A DNA stretch of 64,000 bases from Rhodocyclaceae bacterium (GTDB lineage: Bacteria; Pseudomonadota; Gammaproteobacteria; Burkholderiales; Rhodocyclaceae). The position numbers were made by a program, and so were the translations under genes. Shown one piece after another: positions 43,201 through 52,621 of this stretch (position 1 is the first letter of the stretch; each line of letters opens with the position of its first letter). Below the pieces are notes generated by a model that saw nothing but the letters and a program-made list of their open reading frames with translations, had not been told where the DNA came from and searched no databases. The stretch lies in the NCBI GenBank assembly GCA_050293885.1, contig JBNKNO010000008.1:21857-85856 (forward strand), given 5' to 3'.

Positions 43201-43715
43201 CGCATACCATGCAGGGAGATCGTGAGCGCTGCTTCGCCGCCGGCATGGACGACTTCGTGCCCAAGCCCGTTCAACCTGCCGCCCTCGCCGCCGCGCTGGC
43301 CGCGCTGGGTGACCCCGCCGACACGCTCGGCGCAAAGTCCGGCGCCGTCACGCCGGCGCGTGACGATGCCCCCGCGTTCTGCCTCGATACCGTGCTATCG
43401 AACCTCGGTGACGATCGGGAGTTACTCGACCAACTCGCGCAACTCTATCTGGACGACGAAGCCCAGATGCGTGGCGAACTGACGAAGGCCGACGCCAGCG
43501 GCGATCTTCAGGCGCTGCATGCGGCGACCCACGCCATCAAGGGCGCGGTGGCCAATTTCTCCGCCGATGCCGCCATTCGTGCCGCTCAACTGGTCGAATC
43601 TCACTGCCGGGCGGGAAACGCCGACGCACTCCCCGAAGCGCTCGAACGCTTCCACGGCACGCTCGACGCCTTCGCCGACGCGCTGCGCAGCCTGGGCGCC
43701 ACGCAAGATTCCTGA
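40248..43715 (+). CDS. Unorthodox hybrid sensor kinase (TM-periplasmic-TM, 2 PAS, HisKA, HATPase, pseudo-REC, REC, Hpt)
   Basis: Starts 3 nt after the HD-GYP regulator stop. H-box [15 protein letters not shown]-box LNLVTNAIKFT, G1 EDTGIGI, G2 [21 protein letters not shown] / ILMDLQMPEMGG / DFVPKPV. Hpt HATHAIKGAVANF. Confidence 0.9.
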   Translation: MGAFFDRLRPRSLRHRIVSLFALASGAAILLGALYLGYTQSGWTARQLHESAQSLASHIATTTADNVAANNSAALSRQLDQFASHANVRSLIVTDRQGRILAAFTNPAHGAPDTGITVGDYLPSAPAATDDSRVSGLLTVSAPIGPIAPLGSVQVSLDSSAITHAWTQAGLASLIGLLLVAMSSWLVHRWLGRTTADLQTATEFAASMGSERTDVLHLGSGAHELTALTDALNWTSIRLWDERAALKESEARKRAIAEAALDCIITIDANGMVLEFNPAAERVFGYTWTEVQQAPLSELIIPPDLREAHEAGLMRYLARGVGPILNRRIEQRAMRKDGSEFPVELAIVPVECEGKQMFTAYLRDISDQLAATAAIEAESARVRGILDNLSELVFETNTALRWRYLSPAWTRLTATPVGAQLARRALAWLSASERARLRKLIGSLVAGKADSIRTDVRVTGTDGEPLWLALFVRPLHAEDGALTGFSGSATDVTARKLIEQTLRESKDIAEHANRAKSDFLSNMSHEIRTPMNSVIGMTDLALETALDEEQRNYMTTVKQSAEGLLNVLNDILDFSKIESGKLDFEHINFGLRDCVAQVQNILSEHAAQRGLTLTHNVDPTVPEQLLGDPHRLRQVLLNLVTNAIKFTEHGHISVRVSLTESRATEAVLQFAIEDTGIGIADDKQQLIFDAFTQADTSPTRRHGGTGLGLAICAQLVRGMHGRIWVESALGKGSTFRFTGRFDRAPAPALVHARDTVLSALNVLVVAGTEATRQHLSAMVESWSMHVTVCATGASALHTLRNAAAQAQVDVTLVDADLGDMDAFTFYETLHTEITPQPGVQLMTANAGQRGDAARCRSLGLNGYLTRPVQPSDLLDAILQSIGAEDATPLITRHSLREQRRRLNVLLVEDNKVNQTLALRLLEKLGHVTHVANNGVEALEACASARFDVILMDLQMPEMGGIEATEKLREREKALGEYTPIIAMTAHTMQGDRERCFAAGMDDFVPKPVQPAALAAALAALGDPADTLGAKSGAVTPARDDAPAFCLDTVLSNLGDDRELLDQLAQLYLDDEAQMRGELTKADASGDLQALHAATHAIKGAVANFSADAAIRAAQLVESHCRAGNADALPEALERFHGTLDAFADALRSLGATQDS

Positions 43716-43721
43716 GCGCGT

Positions 43722-44105
43722 CTAGACGCGCTGGATCAATTCGATCATGTAGCCGTCGGGGTCCTCGACAAAGGCGATGACGGTCGAGCCATGCTTCATC
43801 GGGCCGGCCTCACGCACCACCTTGCCACCGCGCGCGCGAATGGCATCGCAAGCGCCATAGGCATCGGGCACAGCCAGCGCGATATGCCCGTAACCATTGC
43901 CCAGATCGTAGCTTTCGGTATCCCAGTTGTGGGTGAGCTCGATCACCGCCGTGTCCGATTCGGGGCCGTAACCGACGAACGCCAGGGTGAAGCGGCCTTC
44001 GGGGTAGTCCTGCTTGCGCAGGAGCGTCATGCCGAGCACGTCGGTGTAGAAGGCAAGCGAAGCGTCGAGGTTACCGACGCGCAACATGGTGTGCAGCAAA
44101 CGCAT
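43722..44105 (-). CDS. gloA: Lactoylglutathione lyase (glyoxalase I)
   Basis: 127 aa; [26 protein letters not shown]...ELTHNW...GYGHIA. Confidence 0.92.
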   Translation of the reverse strand: MRLLHTMLRVGNLDASLAFYTDVLGMTLLRKQDYPEGRFTLAFVGYGPESDTAVIELTHNWDTESYDLGNGYGHIALAVPDAYGACDAIRARGGKVVREAGPMKHGSTVIAFVEDPDGYMIELIQRV

Positions 44106-44134
44106 GGGAGCTTCTCCAAAAGGATGTCGCCAAA

Positions 44135-44869
44135 TCAGACCGATCCGTCATCGATCAGTTCAGGCAAGCGCCGACCGACCTCGCGCAACCGCGTGCGGGC
44201 TTCGCGCGCCGACGGATAAAGCGATTCGACCACCGACCAGAAAGCGGGCGAATGATTCATGTGCTGCAGATGTGCGACCTCGTGTGCCACCACGTAGTCG
44301 ATCAGGGACGCGTCAACATGCACCAGCCGCCAGTTCAGACGGATCGCCCGAGCGCTGCAACTGCCCCAACGGGTTCGCGCACTGGTCAAGCGCACCGGCG
44401 GCGCCACCACCCCCAGGCGTGCCGCATCGCGCGCAACACACGCGCTGAAGTGAGCCAACGCGCGCGCCTTGATGGCGGCGAGCGCGGCCCGCGCGACCGA
44501 CTGTCGCGACGTACAGCACAGTGCCAGCACGGCGTGGCCATCGGCCGCGTGCAGCCATTGCACGCGGGATCGACCGCGGCTCACGTGCACACGGCAAGGC
44601 TGACCGAACAGCGGCAACACCGCGCCATCGACAAGCGCCACGCCCGCCGGCGCGGGCCGCATCGTCCAGTCGTCGAGGGTGCGAATCACCCAGCCGCTGT
44701 GATCGCGCAGGAACGCATCGATCAGGCGCTGCGGCATGCGCAGCGGCGCCGCCACCCGCAAGCCCGTCTGATCGACGCGCAGGCCCAGTGTCTTGCGCCG
44801 GCTGTGACGCAGCAGATAGGCCACCGACCGGCCGTGCAGATCAATCTCGCGCGCCAACTCGGCACTCAT
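44135..44869 (-). CDS. YgjP-like (DUF45/M48-type) metal-dependent hydrolase
   Basis: 244 aa from ATG 44869 (ATGA overlap with the upstream gene). HExxH motif [19 protein letters not shown]. Confidence 0.8.
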   Translation of the reverse strand: MSAELAREIDLHGRSVAYLLRHSRRKTLGLRVDQTGLRVAAPLRMPQRLIDAFLRDHSGWVIRTLDDWTMRPAPAGVALVDGAVLPLFGQPCRVHVSRGRSRVQWLHAADGHAVLALCCTSRQSVARAALAAIKARALAHFSACVARDAARLGVVAPPVRLTSARTRWGSCSARAIRLNWRLVHVDASLIDYVVAHEVAHLQHMNHSPAFWSVVESLYPSAREARTRLREVGRRLPELIDDGSV

Positions 44870-45615
44870 TGTTCGTCCCAGTGGTAACCGCGTTCGGCGA
44901 GCGTCTCGCAGATGCTCGCCATCGCCGCATCGACGTCCTTCTGTGTGCCCTTGACGCCCAGTTCGATGCTGCGGCGGCGCTCGCCCTCGGCAAAGGCCGG
45001 CAAGCTGAACAAGGTGACCGTGGGGTACTCGGCACAAATGCGCTCCATGAGGTCGATGAGCCGCCCCTCATAGGCCTCCCACACCGTCACCGCGCGCTCC
45101 ACGTAGTCCGCTTGGTGATGCAGTTCGGCGTAGCAGGTGTCCAACACCCAGGCCACCATCGGCCACGCCATCACCGGGAAGCCGGGCACGAAGTGATGCC
45201 GGGCAATCGAGAACCCGGGAATCTGGTTGTAGGGATTGGGGATGATGTCGCTGCCTTGCGGATACACACCCATCTGCAAGCGATGCTCGGTGATCTCGTC
45301 CTCGCCGAACTTGTCACGAATGATGCGTGCCGCCTCGGGGTGCAGCTGCAACGCCCGTCCCAGGGCCTCGCCCGCACACTGGCGGGTATGGTCGTCGGGC
45401 GTGGCGCCGATGCCGCCAAAGCTGAAGACAATGTCGCCGGTGGCGAAGGATTCGCGCAGCGCCTGCGTCAGCAAGGCCGGTGTGTCGCACACGTAGCGCG
45501 CCCAGGACAGTTGCAGCCCGCGCTCGCCGAGCAAGGCGATGAGCTTCGTCAGATGCTTGTCCTGACGACGTCCGGAGAGAATCTCGTCTCCGATGATGAT
45601 GGCGCCGAATCCCAC
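44866..45615 (-). CDS. CinA-like molybdopterin-binding (MoCF_biosynth) domain protein
   Basis: 249 aa; GAIIIGDEILSGRRQDKH, FSFGGIGATPDDHT. Confidence 0.8.
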   Translation of the reverse strand: MGFGAIIIGDEILSGRRQDKHLTKLIALLGERGLQLSWARYVCDTPALLTQALRESFATGDIVFSFGGIGATPDDHTRQCAGEALGRALQLHPEAARIIRDKFGEDEITEHRLQMGVYPQGSDIIPNPYNQIPGFSIARHHFVPGFPVMAWPMVAWVLDTCYAELHHQADYVERAVTVWEAYEGRLIDLMERICAEYPTVTLFSLPAFAEGERRRSIELGVKGTQKDVDAAMASICETLAERGYHWDEQ

Positions 45616-45627
45616 GAAACGCGCCTT

Positions 45628-46380
45628 TCAGACCGGGGTTTGCCCGGCCGCTTGCGGGCTGCCGAGGCGGTCGCGGCGCAAGGCTTCGAGCAGGTAATGC
45701 ACGAAGGCCAGACCGCAGAATGCTGGCGCGAAGAGGTTGAGCACGGGAATGTAGGCCAGCAAGGCACAACCGACCCCCAGGCCCAGCAGGCTGGCGCTAT
45801 GGCGACGCCGCAACCGAGGCATTTCCTCCCGATCGCCATGCAGCATCAGCGCATCGTAGCCAAAGGCCTTCTTGTTCATCCACGCCGTGAGCAGGATCGA
45901 CACCACCAGCCCGACGCCCGGAATCAACCAGAACGGCAGCGAAATCACGATGCCGACAATGAACAGCACGACTGCCCAGATCGCGTTGAGCGCGCTCCCG
46001 GTGGTGGTCCCGCCACGACGCATTTCGACATCCGAGTAGCGCACCACGGCAACTTTCTCGAGCATCATCGGCAGCGAGACGACGGCCACGATCAGCGCCG
46101 CAGTGACATACACCAGCGGCAGAAACAACACCGCCAGCGAGAGCTTGACGATGACCAGCATGATGGCGGCGCCCAGTTCCCAGGCATCCAGTCGCTGCGA
46201 CACCCAGTCCCAACCGCCAATCCAGCCCATGACCGCATCGACCATGGGTTGCCAAAACGCGACGCCCAGCGCGAGCCATACCACCGCGGCTGCCAACGCG
46301 GGCCAGATCAGGTGCCACAGCACGCCGCGCTCGGTCAGGCTTTTCACGGCACGCGCATAGGCCAGGAAGATGTCTTTCAT
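45628..46380 (-). CDS. EI24/CysZ-like integral membrane protein
   Basis: 250 aa, about 5 TM segments; overall pattern resembles the EI24 domain family. Assignment by eye only. Confidence 0.55.
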   Translation of the reverse strand: MKDIFLAYARAVKSLTERGVLWHLIWPALAAAVVWLALGVAFWQPMVDAVMGWIGGWDWVSQRLDAWELGAAIMLVIVKLSLAVLFLPLVYVTAALIVAVVSLPMMLEKVAVVRYSDVEMRRGGTTTGSALNAIWAVVLFIVGIVISLPFWLIPGVGLVVSILLTAWMNKKAFGYDALMLHGDREEMPRLRRRHSASLLGLGVGCALLAYIPVLNLFAPAFCGLAFVHYLLEALRRDRLGSPQAAGQTPV

Positions 46381-46518
46381 GGATGTGTATCGAACCTCAA
46401 TGATGAGCGCATGGCGCGCTCGTTAAAACGAGGCCTACGATTGTAGCGCGACCGTGCTTTTGCCTGCGGCGCACTGGCAGGGTGCTGAACGCGGCGGCGG
46501 TTCCGTGAGGGCGCCGGG

Positions 46519-48087
46519 TCAGACGGCGTCGCCTGGCGCCGCCGCGGCTTCTCGCCCGCCGGTCAACAGCGGCAACCAGACGTCCAGCGCCACGCCGGGC
46601 GCCGGATCCGAGTTGCGCAGCGCGATCGTGCCGGCATGCAGGCGCACGATCTGCCGGCTGATGGCGAGCAGCAAGCCGGTACTCGCGCCGGCCGTATCGG
46701 TTTGAATCTGATCGAAAAAGGCATCGAAGCAAGACGCCAGCGCCTCGTCCGTCATTGGGGTGCCGGCATCCTCGACGCGCAGACGAAAGCCGGGGCATTC
46801 TGCTCCGTCGTCACACAATCCGGTCTGGTAATGCGCAGACAGGCGCACCACGCTGCCTTCGGGCGCACGCAGACAGGCGTGCGAGATCATCGCGTCGACC
46901 AGGCGCGCCGCCAGCCGAGCGTCGACGTGAATGCTGCCGCGCACCTGGACATCCGTGTCGAGCTGCAAGGCCTTGCTGGCCCGCACGGCCGACGTTTCCG
47001 CCCCGACCCGTGCCAGCAAGGCGCCAAAATCGGTTTGCCCGATCTCGCATTCCATATCGCCGCTATGCAAACTGCTCAGAATGACCAGATCGTCGACAAA
47101 GCGCGAGAGGTCTTCGGCGCTGCTGCGAATGCGTTCCAGATAGCTGCGCATCCGTGGCTCTTCGCCCGGCGGCAAGCGCAGCCCGAGACTGGCGAATGCC
47201 TGCACCGCATGCAGGGGCGTGCGCATTTCGTGCGAAACGTTGGCGAGAAAGCAGTCCTTGGCCCGATCGGCCGCCACGGCCCGATCTCGCGCCCGGACCA
47301 GATCACGGGTCTGGGTATCGATCAAATCAGCCAGCGCCGCGTCTTGCAGCTCCCGCGCCTGCGCACCTGCGAGGTGATCGCTGATGTCGCGCACGACATC
47401 CACGACGAAGCGCGCACCGTCGACGTCGAACACACGCGCGCTGACCTCGACCGGGAAACGGCTGCCATCCTTGCGTCGATACGTCGTCTCATAGCGCGAG
47501 ACGCTGTGCGCCGCGCCATCGTCGCGCAGTGCACGCTGGATGCGCTCCAACGAATCGGGCGCCTGCCAATCGGCCGCGTTGAGGGCGAGCAATTCGTCGT
47601 GTGTGTAGCCGAGCATCCGGCAAAGTGCGCCATTGACCTCGACCACGCTCGCCTCGCCATCGACCAGCACCATGCCGTCGTTGGCCCCCTCGAAGGCCAT
47701 GGCCAGCACGCGCGCGGGCAAACCCGGCGTCGATGACGCAGCCTCGGCCAGCAAGCGTTGACGCGCAGCGCCCGCCGCGCTGACCAGCACCGGCAGCACC
47801 AACACCAACGAGGCCTCGAGCACTCCGATCTGCCCCCAGACGGACATCACCAGCAAGTTCACCGCCGCCACCAGCAACGCACCCGCCGGTGGCAGCAAGG
47901 CGGCGCACACCATGACGCCACCAAGTGCTATGAACAACGGCGAAGGCAACAGCGCAATCGCGAGCACGGTGACGAGCACCGATGCAAGCACGCCCCACCC
48001 CAGCCTCACACGCAGCCCGCGTTGACAAAGCGAACGTCCGAATGACAGCAGACACGGCGAAGAGGCGTGAGCGTGAGGTTTCAACAT
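46519..48087 (-). CDS. Membrane PAS histidine kinase-like protein with apparently degenerate ATP-binding boxes
   Basis: 522 aa from ATG 48087; about 4 TM segments; PAS; H-box FLANVSHEMRTPL. Aligned by eye to the kinase at 40248: N-box DAMISHACLRA (vs NLVTNAIKFT), G1 EDAGTPM (vs EDTGIGI), G2 ASTGLLLAI (vs GGTGLGLAI). Confidence 0.75.
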   Translation of the reverse strand: MLKPHAHASSPCLLSFGRSLCQRGLRVRLGWGVLASVLVTVLAIALLPSPLFIALGGVMVCAALLPPAGALLVAAVNLLVMSVWGQIGVLEASLVLVLPVLVSAAGAARQRLLAEAASSTPGLPARVLAMAFEGANDGMVLVDGEASVVEVNGALCRMLGYTHDELLALNAADWQAPDSLERIQRALRDDGAAHSVSRYETTYRRKDGSRFPVEVSARVFDVDGARFVVDVVRDISDHLAGAQARELQDAALADLIDTQTRDLVRARDRAVAADRAKDCFLANVSHEMRTPLHAVQAFASLGLRLPPGEEPRMRSYLERIRSSAEDLSRFVDDLVILSSLHSGDMECEIGQTDFGALLARVGAETSAVRASKALQLDTDVQVRGSIHVDARLAARLVDAMISHACLRAPEGSVVRLSAHYQTGLCDDGAECPGFRLRVEDAGTPMTDEALASCFDAFFDQIQTDTAGASTGLLLAISRQIVRLHAGTIALRNSDPAPGVALDVWLPLLTGGREAAAAPGDAV

Positions 48088-48223
48088 GGGTGCGAAGCGC
48101 TGGCTGAAGAAATGACGATCACCTATGGCATTGAAATAGTCCGCAAGATCGAGGCTATTACTTAGGTAATATCCTAACCTGCTTTTGCAGAGATTACCCG
48201 AGACGCATTGCACGTTTCAAGAT

Positions 48224-51200
48224 TTAACGTGGCCGGGCTTCCCAGATCTTCGTCAAGCGCTTGACCGATACGGGCATCGGCGTGCGCAACTCCTGCGCGA
48301 ACAGCCCCACGCGCAACTCTTCGAGCAGCCAGCGAAAATCGTCGAGGAACGGATCGTCCGCACCGCGCCGTCGAGCGTCGATCCACTCGCGCTCGAAGGC
48401 GCGGTGCAAACCGTGCCAGTCGCGCATCAAGGTCGCGTCACGCGCCGGATTGTTCTTCAACTTGTCCAGACGCAGCGCGGCCGCCTTGAAGTAACGTGCA
48501 AAGTGCGTGAGGCGCTCGAACGGCACCTCGGTGAGAAAGCGTGGCGTCAGCAGGGCGTCGAGCTGCGCGCGAATATCGGCCACTACGGCATCGTGCCCCT
48601 TCAGGCCACCGAGGCGCTTTTCCAGTTGCGCGCGCTCGCTGAGAATGCCGTCGGTCAGTCGCAATAGCTCCTGCCCGACCAGCGTGATGCGTGGCTTGGC
48701 TTCCTGCAGGCGCTGCTCGAAGGCGGCGGCGTCGGTCGGCAACGGTTCCACCAGGCAGGTGCGCACCAGCGTGGCGCTCACGAGTTGATCCTGCAATTCC
48801 TGCTCGCCGCCGAGCGTCGCGTAGCGCAGCGCAACCTCGCGCAGGCCGTTCATGCGCTTGAGCGCTTTGACCTGATCCTTCAGCCGCAGCGCGAACAGCC
48901 GCGTGAGCCCGGCCCGGTGCACGCGCTCGGCCTCTTCCGGGGTATCGAAGGGCCGCAGCGACACGCTGTCGCCATCGTCATGCAAGGCGGGAAAGCCGAT
49001 CACCTCGCGCTTGCCGACCTTGAGCGAGATGAGCTCGGGCAACTCGCCGAAGGTCCAGTCAGTGAGTCCGCTTTGCTCGGCAGGCGAGGTGTCCGCGCGC
49101 GCTGCCTCGGCCGTCGGCGAGTTGTCCGGCAGCGTCGCCAAACCGTCGTCGGCAGTGGCCAGGGCCGCCTCGAAGGCCGCCGCCACCTGCTTCTGGAAAC
49201 GGCCGCGCAGCTCCGCCAGATTGCGCGACTGCCCCATCACCCTACCGTGTGGGTCGAGCACGCGGAAATTCATGAAACAGTGCGGATTGAGGTTCTCGGG
49301 GCGGAAGGATTCGAGCGGCAGCTTGAGTTGCACGCGCTCCTCGACAAACTGCTGCAGCGCCTTGAGCAATGGCTGCTCGGGCGTCCATTCGCCGGCCTCG
49401 ACCGCGTCGAGAAAGGCGGTCACGCTGTCGGCCATCGGCTGCAGACGGTGGCGATGTTTCTGCGGCACCGTACGCAGCAGGCCGGCCACCTTTTCTTCGA
49501 GCAGACCCGGCACCAGCCATTCGCAACGCGCCGCCGGCACCTGGTTGAGCATGGCCACCGGCACGGTGAGCGTCACGCCGTCGTCGGCCTCGCCCGGTGC
49601 GTGCACGTAATCGAGTTTGAGACGCTGACCGAAGACCGTCAGATGAGCGGGGAAACGCTCGGTGGTGATGCCCTCCGCCTCATGGCGCATGAGCTGATCG
49701 CGGTCGAGGAACAGTCGCTTCGGATCGGTCTTCTCCGCATCCTTGCGCCAGCGCTCGAAGCTCGCCAGATCGACGACATCGGCCGGAATATGCGCATCGT
49801 AGAAGGCCTCGATCAGCGTCTCGTCCACCAACACGTCGGGCCGGCGCGACTTGTGCTCGAGGCGCTCTATCTCGGCCACCAGGCGGCGGTTGTGCCTGAG
49901 GAAGGCCATGTGTTTGGCCGCCGCGACGTCGATCTCGCCCGGCACCAGCCCCTCGCGGATGAACAGCCGACGGCACTCGGCCGGATCGATATCGCGATAA
50001 GCCACCGGCCGGCGCGCGTAGAGCACCACGCCGTGCAGCGTACCGCGCGCCCAGGCACGCACGCTGCCGGTCGCCTTGGACCAATGCGGATCGAACACGT
50101 GGCGCTTGATCAGATGCGCGCCCACTTCTTCGAGCCACTCCGGCTGCACGCGCGCCAGGCAGCGGCCGAACAGCCGCGAGGTGTCGACCAACTCGGCGCA
50201 CACAATCCACTTGCCGGCCTTCTTGGTCAGCGACGAGCCCGGATGCGGCCAGAACTTGATGCCGCGCGCACCGTGGTAGGCGCCAGCCGGCTGACCCGAG
50301 GCGCTTTTCTCTTCTTCGACCTTGCAGCCCAGATGCCCCAGCAGCCCCGCCAGCAGCGCCTTGTGGATGGCGTCGTAATGGGCGGGAATGGCGTTTTCCT
50401 TCCAGCCGTGTTCGGCGCACAGCACATGCAGCTGGGCGTGGATGTCGCGCCATTCGCGCATGCGCAGCGGCGATAAAAAGTGTTCCTTGCACCACTGGCG
50501 CTGCTTGTTGCTGCTCTGGTGGTGCTGCACCTCATCGAAGGCTTTCCACAGATTCCAGTACCACAGGAATTCCGACTTCTGGTCCTGTTCGCCACCACGA
50601 AACAGCGCGTGGCGCTGGTCGGCGGTACCGGCCTGAGCCTGCGGCCGGTCGCGCGGGTCCTGCACCGACAGCGCGGCGGCAATCACCAGCACCTCGCGCA
50701 GGCAGCCTTCGTCGCGCGCGGCGAGAATCATGCGGCCGATCTTGGGGTCGATGGGCAGGCGCGCCAGTTCCTTGCCCAGCGCGGTGAGGCGCTTGTCCTC
50801 GTCCATCGCGCCCAGCTCGTTGAGCAACTGGTAGCCGTCAGCAACGGCACGCGGCGGCGGCGCATCGAGGAAGGGGAAGTCCTCCACCTCGCCCAGCCCG
50901 AGCGCGCTCATGCGCAGGATGACGGCGGCCAGCGAGGCGCGCAGGATTTCCGGATCGGTATGCGACGGGCGCCGATTGAAGTCGTCTTCGGCATACAGGC
51001 GGATGCAGATGCCGTCGCTCACCCGGCCGCAACGCCCGGCGCGCTGGCGCGCGGCGCTCTGGGCAACCGGCTCGATCTGCAGTTGTTCGACCTTGTTGCG
51101 CACCGAGTAGCGTTTGACGCGCGCCAGCCCGGTGTCGATCACGTAGCGGATGCCGGGCACGGTGAGCGAGGTTTCCGCCACGTTGGTGGCCAGCACCACG

Positions 51201-52219
51201 CGTTGCCCCTTCGAACGCGAGAACACCCGCGACTGCTCCTTGGCCGACTGGCGGGCGAACAGCGGCAAAATCTCCGAGTCGTGCGCATGCGGCGCCTTGC
51301 GCAGCGCCTCGGCGGCTTCGCGGATTTCGCGCTCGCCGGGCAGGAACACCAGCACATCGCCAGGGCCTTCCCGATGCGCTTCATCCACCGCGTCCACCAG
51401 GCCCGCGTAAGCGTCCTGCGGGCGCTTCGATTTGCTTGCCTCTTGCTCGGGCCGGTAACGCACTTCGATGGGGAACAGACGGCCCGACACCTCGATGACC
51501 GGAGCCGGCTTGCCGGTGGCATCGGCAAAGTGATTCGCGAAGCGCTCGGCATCGATGGTGGCCGACGTGATGATCACCTTCAGCGCCGGGCGTTTGGGCA
51601 GCAGGCGCTTGAGGTAGCCGAGCAGAAAGTCGATGTTGAGGCTGCGCTCGTGTGCTTCGTCGATGATCAGCGTGTCGTAGGCGTTCAGGTAGCGATCGCC
51701 CTGCGTCTCGGCCAGCAGGATGCCGTCGGTCATCAGCTTGATGTGGCTGGTGGGGCCGAGTCGGTCGGTAAAGCGGATCTTGTAGCCCACCGCCTGCCCG
51801 AGCGGACTGTTCAACTCCTCGGCGATACGCTCGGCGGTGCTGCGCGCAGCCAGGCGACGCGGCTGGGTATGGCCGATCAGCCCGCCCACGCCGCGCCCGA
51901 GCGTCAGGCACAGCTTGGGCAGTTGAGTGGTCTTGCCGGAGCCGGTCTCGCCGCACACGATGACGACCTGATGACTTTGAATGGCCTCGGCGATGCGCTC
52001 GCGCTGTGCGCTGACGGGCAGTTCGTCGGGAAAGCCCGGGCTCGGCAAACTGGCCTTGCGAGCGGCGAAGCGCGCGAGCGAGGCCTCGAGGCGCGTGCGC
52101 AGCTTCTCCGGCAACGCGGCAAGGTCCGCCGGCTGCGGGCGCAGACGTTTCAGTTCATTGCCCAGCCGATGGCGATCGGCCACCATGCACTGGTCGAGAA
52201 GAGCGAAGAGGTCAGCCAC
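48224..52219 (-). CDS. hrpA: ATP-dependent RNA helicase HrpA (DEAH box)
   Basis: 1331 aa; motif I GETGSGKTTQLPK, DEAH (IIDEAHERS), SATID, TNVAETSLTVPG, QRAGRCGR. Confidence 0.95.
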   Translation of the reverse strand: MADLFALLDQCMVADRHRLGNELKRLRPQPADLAALPEKLRTRLEASLARFAARKASLPSPGFPDELPVSAQRERIAEAIQSHQVVIVCGETGSGKTTQLPKLCLTLGRGVGGLIGHTQPRRLAARSTAERIAEELNSPLGQAVGYKIRFTDRLGPTSHIKLMTDGILLAETQGDRYLNAYDTLIIDEAHERSLNIDFLLGYLKRLLPKRPALKVIITSATIDAERFANHFADATGKPAPVIEVSGRLFPIEVRYRPEQEASKSKRPQDAYAGLVDAVDEAHREGPGDVLVFLPGEREIREAAEALRKAPHAHDSEILPLFARQSAKEQSRVFSRSKGQRVVLATNVAETSLTVPGIRYVIDTGLARVKRYSVRNKVEQLQIEPVAQSAARQRAGRCGRVSDGICIRLYAEDDFNRRPSHTDPEILRASLAAVILRMSALGLGEVEDFPFLDAPPPRAVADGYQLLNELGAMDEDKRLTALGKELARLPIDPKIGRMILAARDEGCLREVLVIAAALSVQDPRDRPQAQAGTADQRHALFRGGEQDQKSEFLWYWNLWKAFDEVQHHQSSNKQRQWCKEHFLSPLRMREWRDIHAQLHVLCAEHGWKENAIPAHYDAIHKALLAGLLGHLGCKVEEEKSASGQPAGAYHGARGIKFWPHPGSSLTKKAGKWIVCAELVDTSRLFGRCLARVQPEWLEEVGAHLIKRHVFDPHWSKATGSVRAWARGTLHGVVLYARRPVAYRDIDPAECRRLFIREGLVPGEIDVAAAKHMAFLRHNRRLVAEIERLEHKSRRPDVLVDETLIEAFYDAHIPADVVDLASFERWRKDAEKTDPKRLFLDRDQLMRHEAEGITTERFPAHLTVFGQRLKLDYVHAPGEADDGVTLTVPVAMLNQVPAARCEWLVPGLLEEKVAGLLRTVPQKHRHRLQPMADSVTAFLDAVEAGEWTPEQPLLKALQQFVEERVQLKLPLESFRPENLNPHCFMNFRVLDPHGRVMGQSRNLAELRGRFQKQVAAAFEAALATADDGLATLPDNSPTAEAARADTSPAEQSGLTDWTFGELPELISLKVGKREVIGFPALHDDGDSVSLRPFDTPEEAERVHRAGLTRLFALRLKDQVKALKRMNGLREVALRYATLGGEQELQDQLVSATLVRTCLVEPLPTDAAAFEQRLQEAKPRITLVGQELLRLTDGILSERAQLEKRLGGLKGHDAVVADIRAQLDALLTPRFLTEVPFERLTHFARYFKAAALRLDKLKNNPARDATLMRDWHGLHRAFEREWIDARRRGADDPFLDDFRWLLEELRVGLFAQELRTPMPVSVKRLTKIWEARPR

Positions 52220-52237
52220 AGACGATGCGAAGAAAAA

Positions 52238-52621
52238 TCAGGCGCGCAGAAACTGGAAGGTGAAGATGCCCAGGCCGGTCATCAGCAGCGAACCGAACAG
52301 ATGGACCGACGCGGTCAACAAGGCCCACGCGTACTGGGCGCCGCTGATCATGGTCACCACTTCGGCCGAAAAGGTCGAGAAGGTGGTGAGTGCGCCGAGA
52401 AAACCGGTGACGGCGAACAGCCGGACTTCCGGCGGCAGCGCCGTCTGCTGCGCAAAGAAGGCCACCGCCACGCCGATGAGGTAGGCGCCGGCGAGGTTCG
52501 CCACCAGCGTACCGAGCGGCAACTGCAGAAACACGGGATTGATGCGCACCGACAGCCACCAGCGAATCCAGGCGCCGAATGCCGCACCGACCCCGACGGC
52601 AAGGAATCCGGTGGGATTCAT
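52238..52621 (-). CDS. crcB: Fluoride ion channel CrcB
   Basis: 127 aa from ATG 52621 (an alternative ATG at 52633 adds 4 codons, MPDL); GTLVANLAGAYLIG and GFLGALTTFSTFS motifs. Confidence 0.88.
   Translation of the reverse strand: MNPTGFLAVGVGAAFGAWIRWWLSVRINPVFLQLPLGTLVANLAGAYLIGVAVAFFAQQTALPPEVRLFAVTGFLGALTTFSTFSAEVVTMISGAQYAWALLTASVHLFGSLLMTGLGIFTFQFLRA

Noticed and set aside
36529-43715. Genomic island integrated at the tRNA(CAU) 3' end
   Set aside because: There is no integrase, no visible direct repeat of the tRNA 3' end downstream, and no mobility genes. The GC content and codon style of the signalling genes look like the rest of the window.
44521-46446. 641-aa + strand ORF antisense to ygjP-like, cinA-like and EI24-like genes; likewise 60018-62021 (667 aa) antisense to the TonB-dependent receptor
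   Set aside because: These frames cross several real genes and intergenic gaps and have a degenerate R/G/A/H/P-rich composition. They are shadow ORFs.
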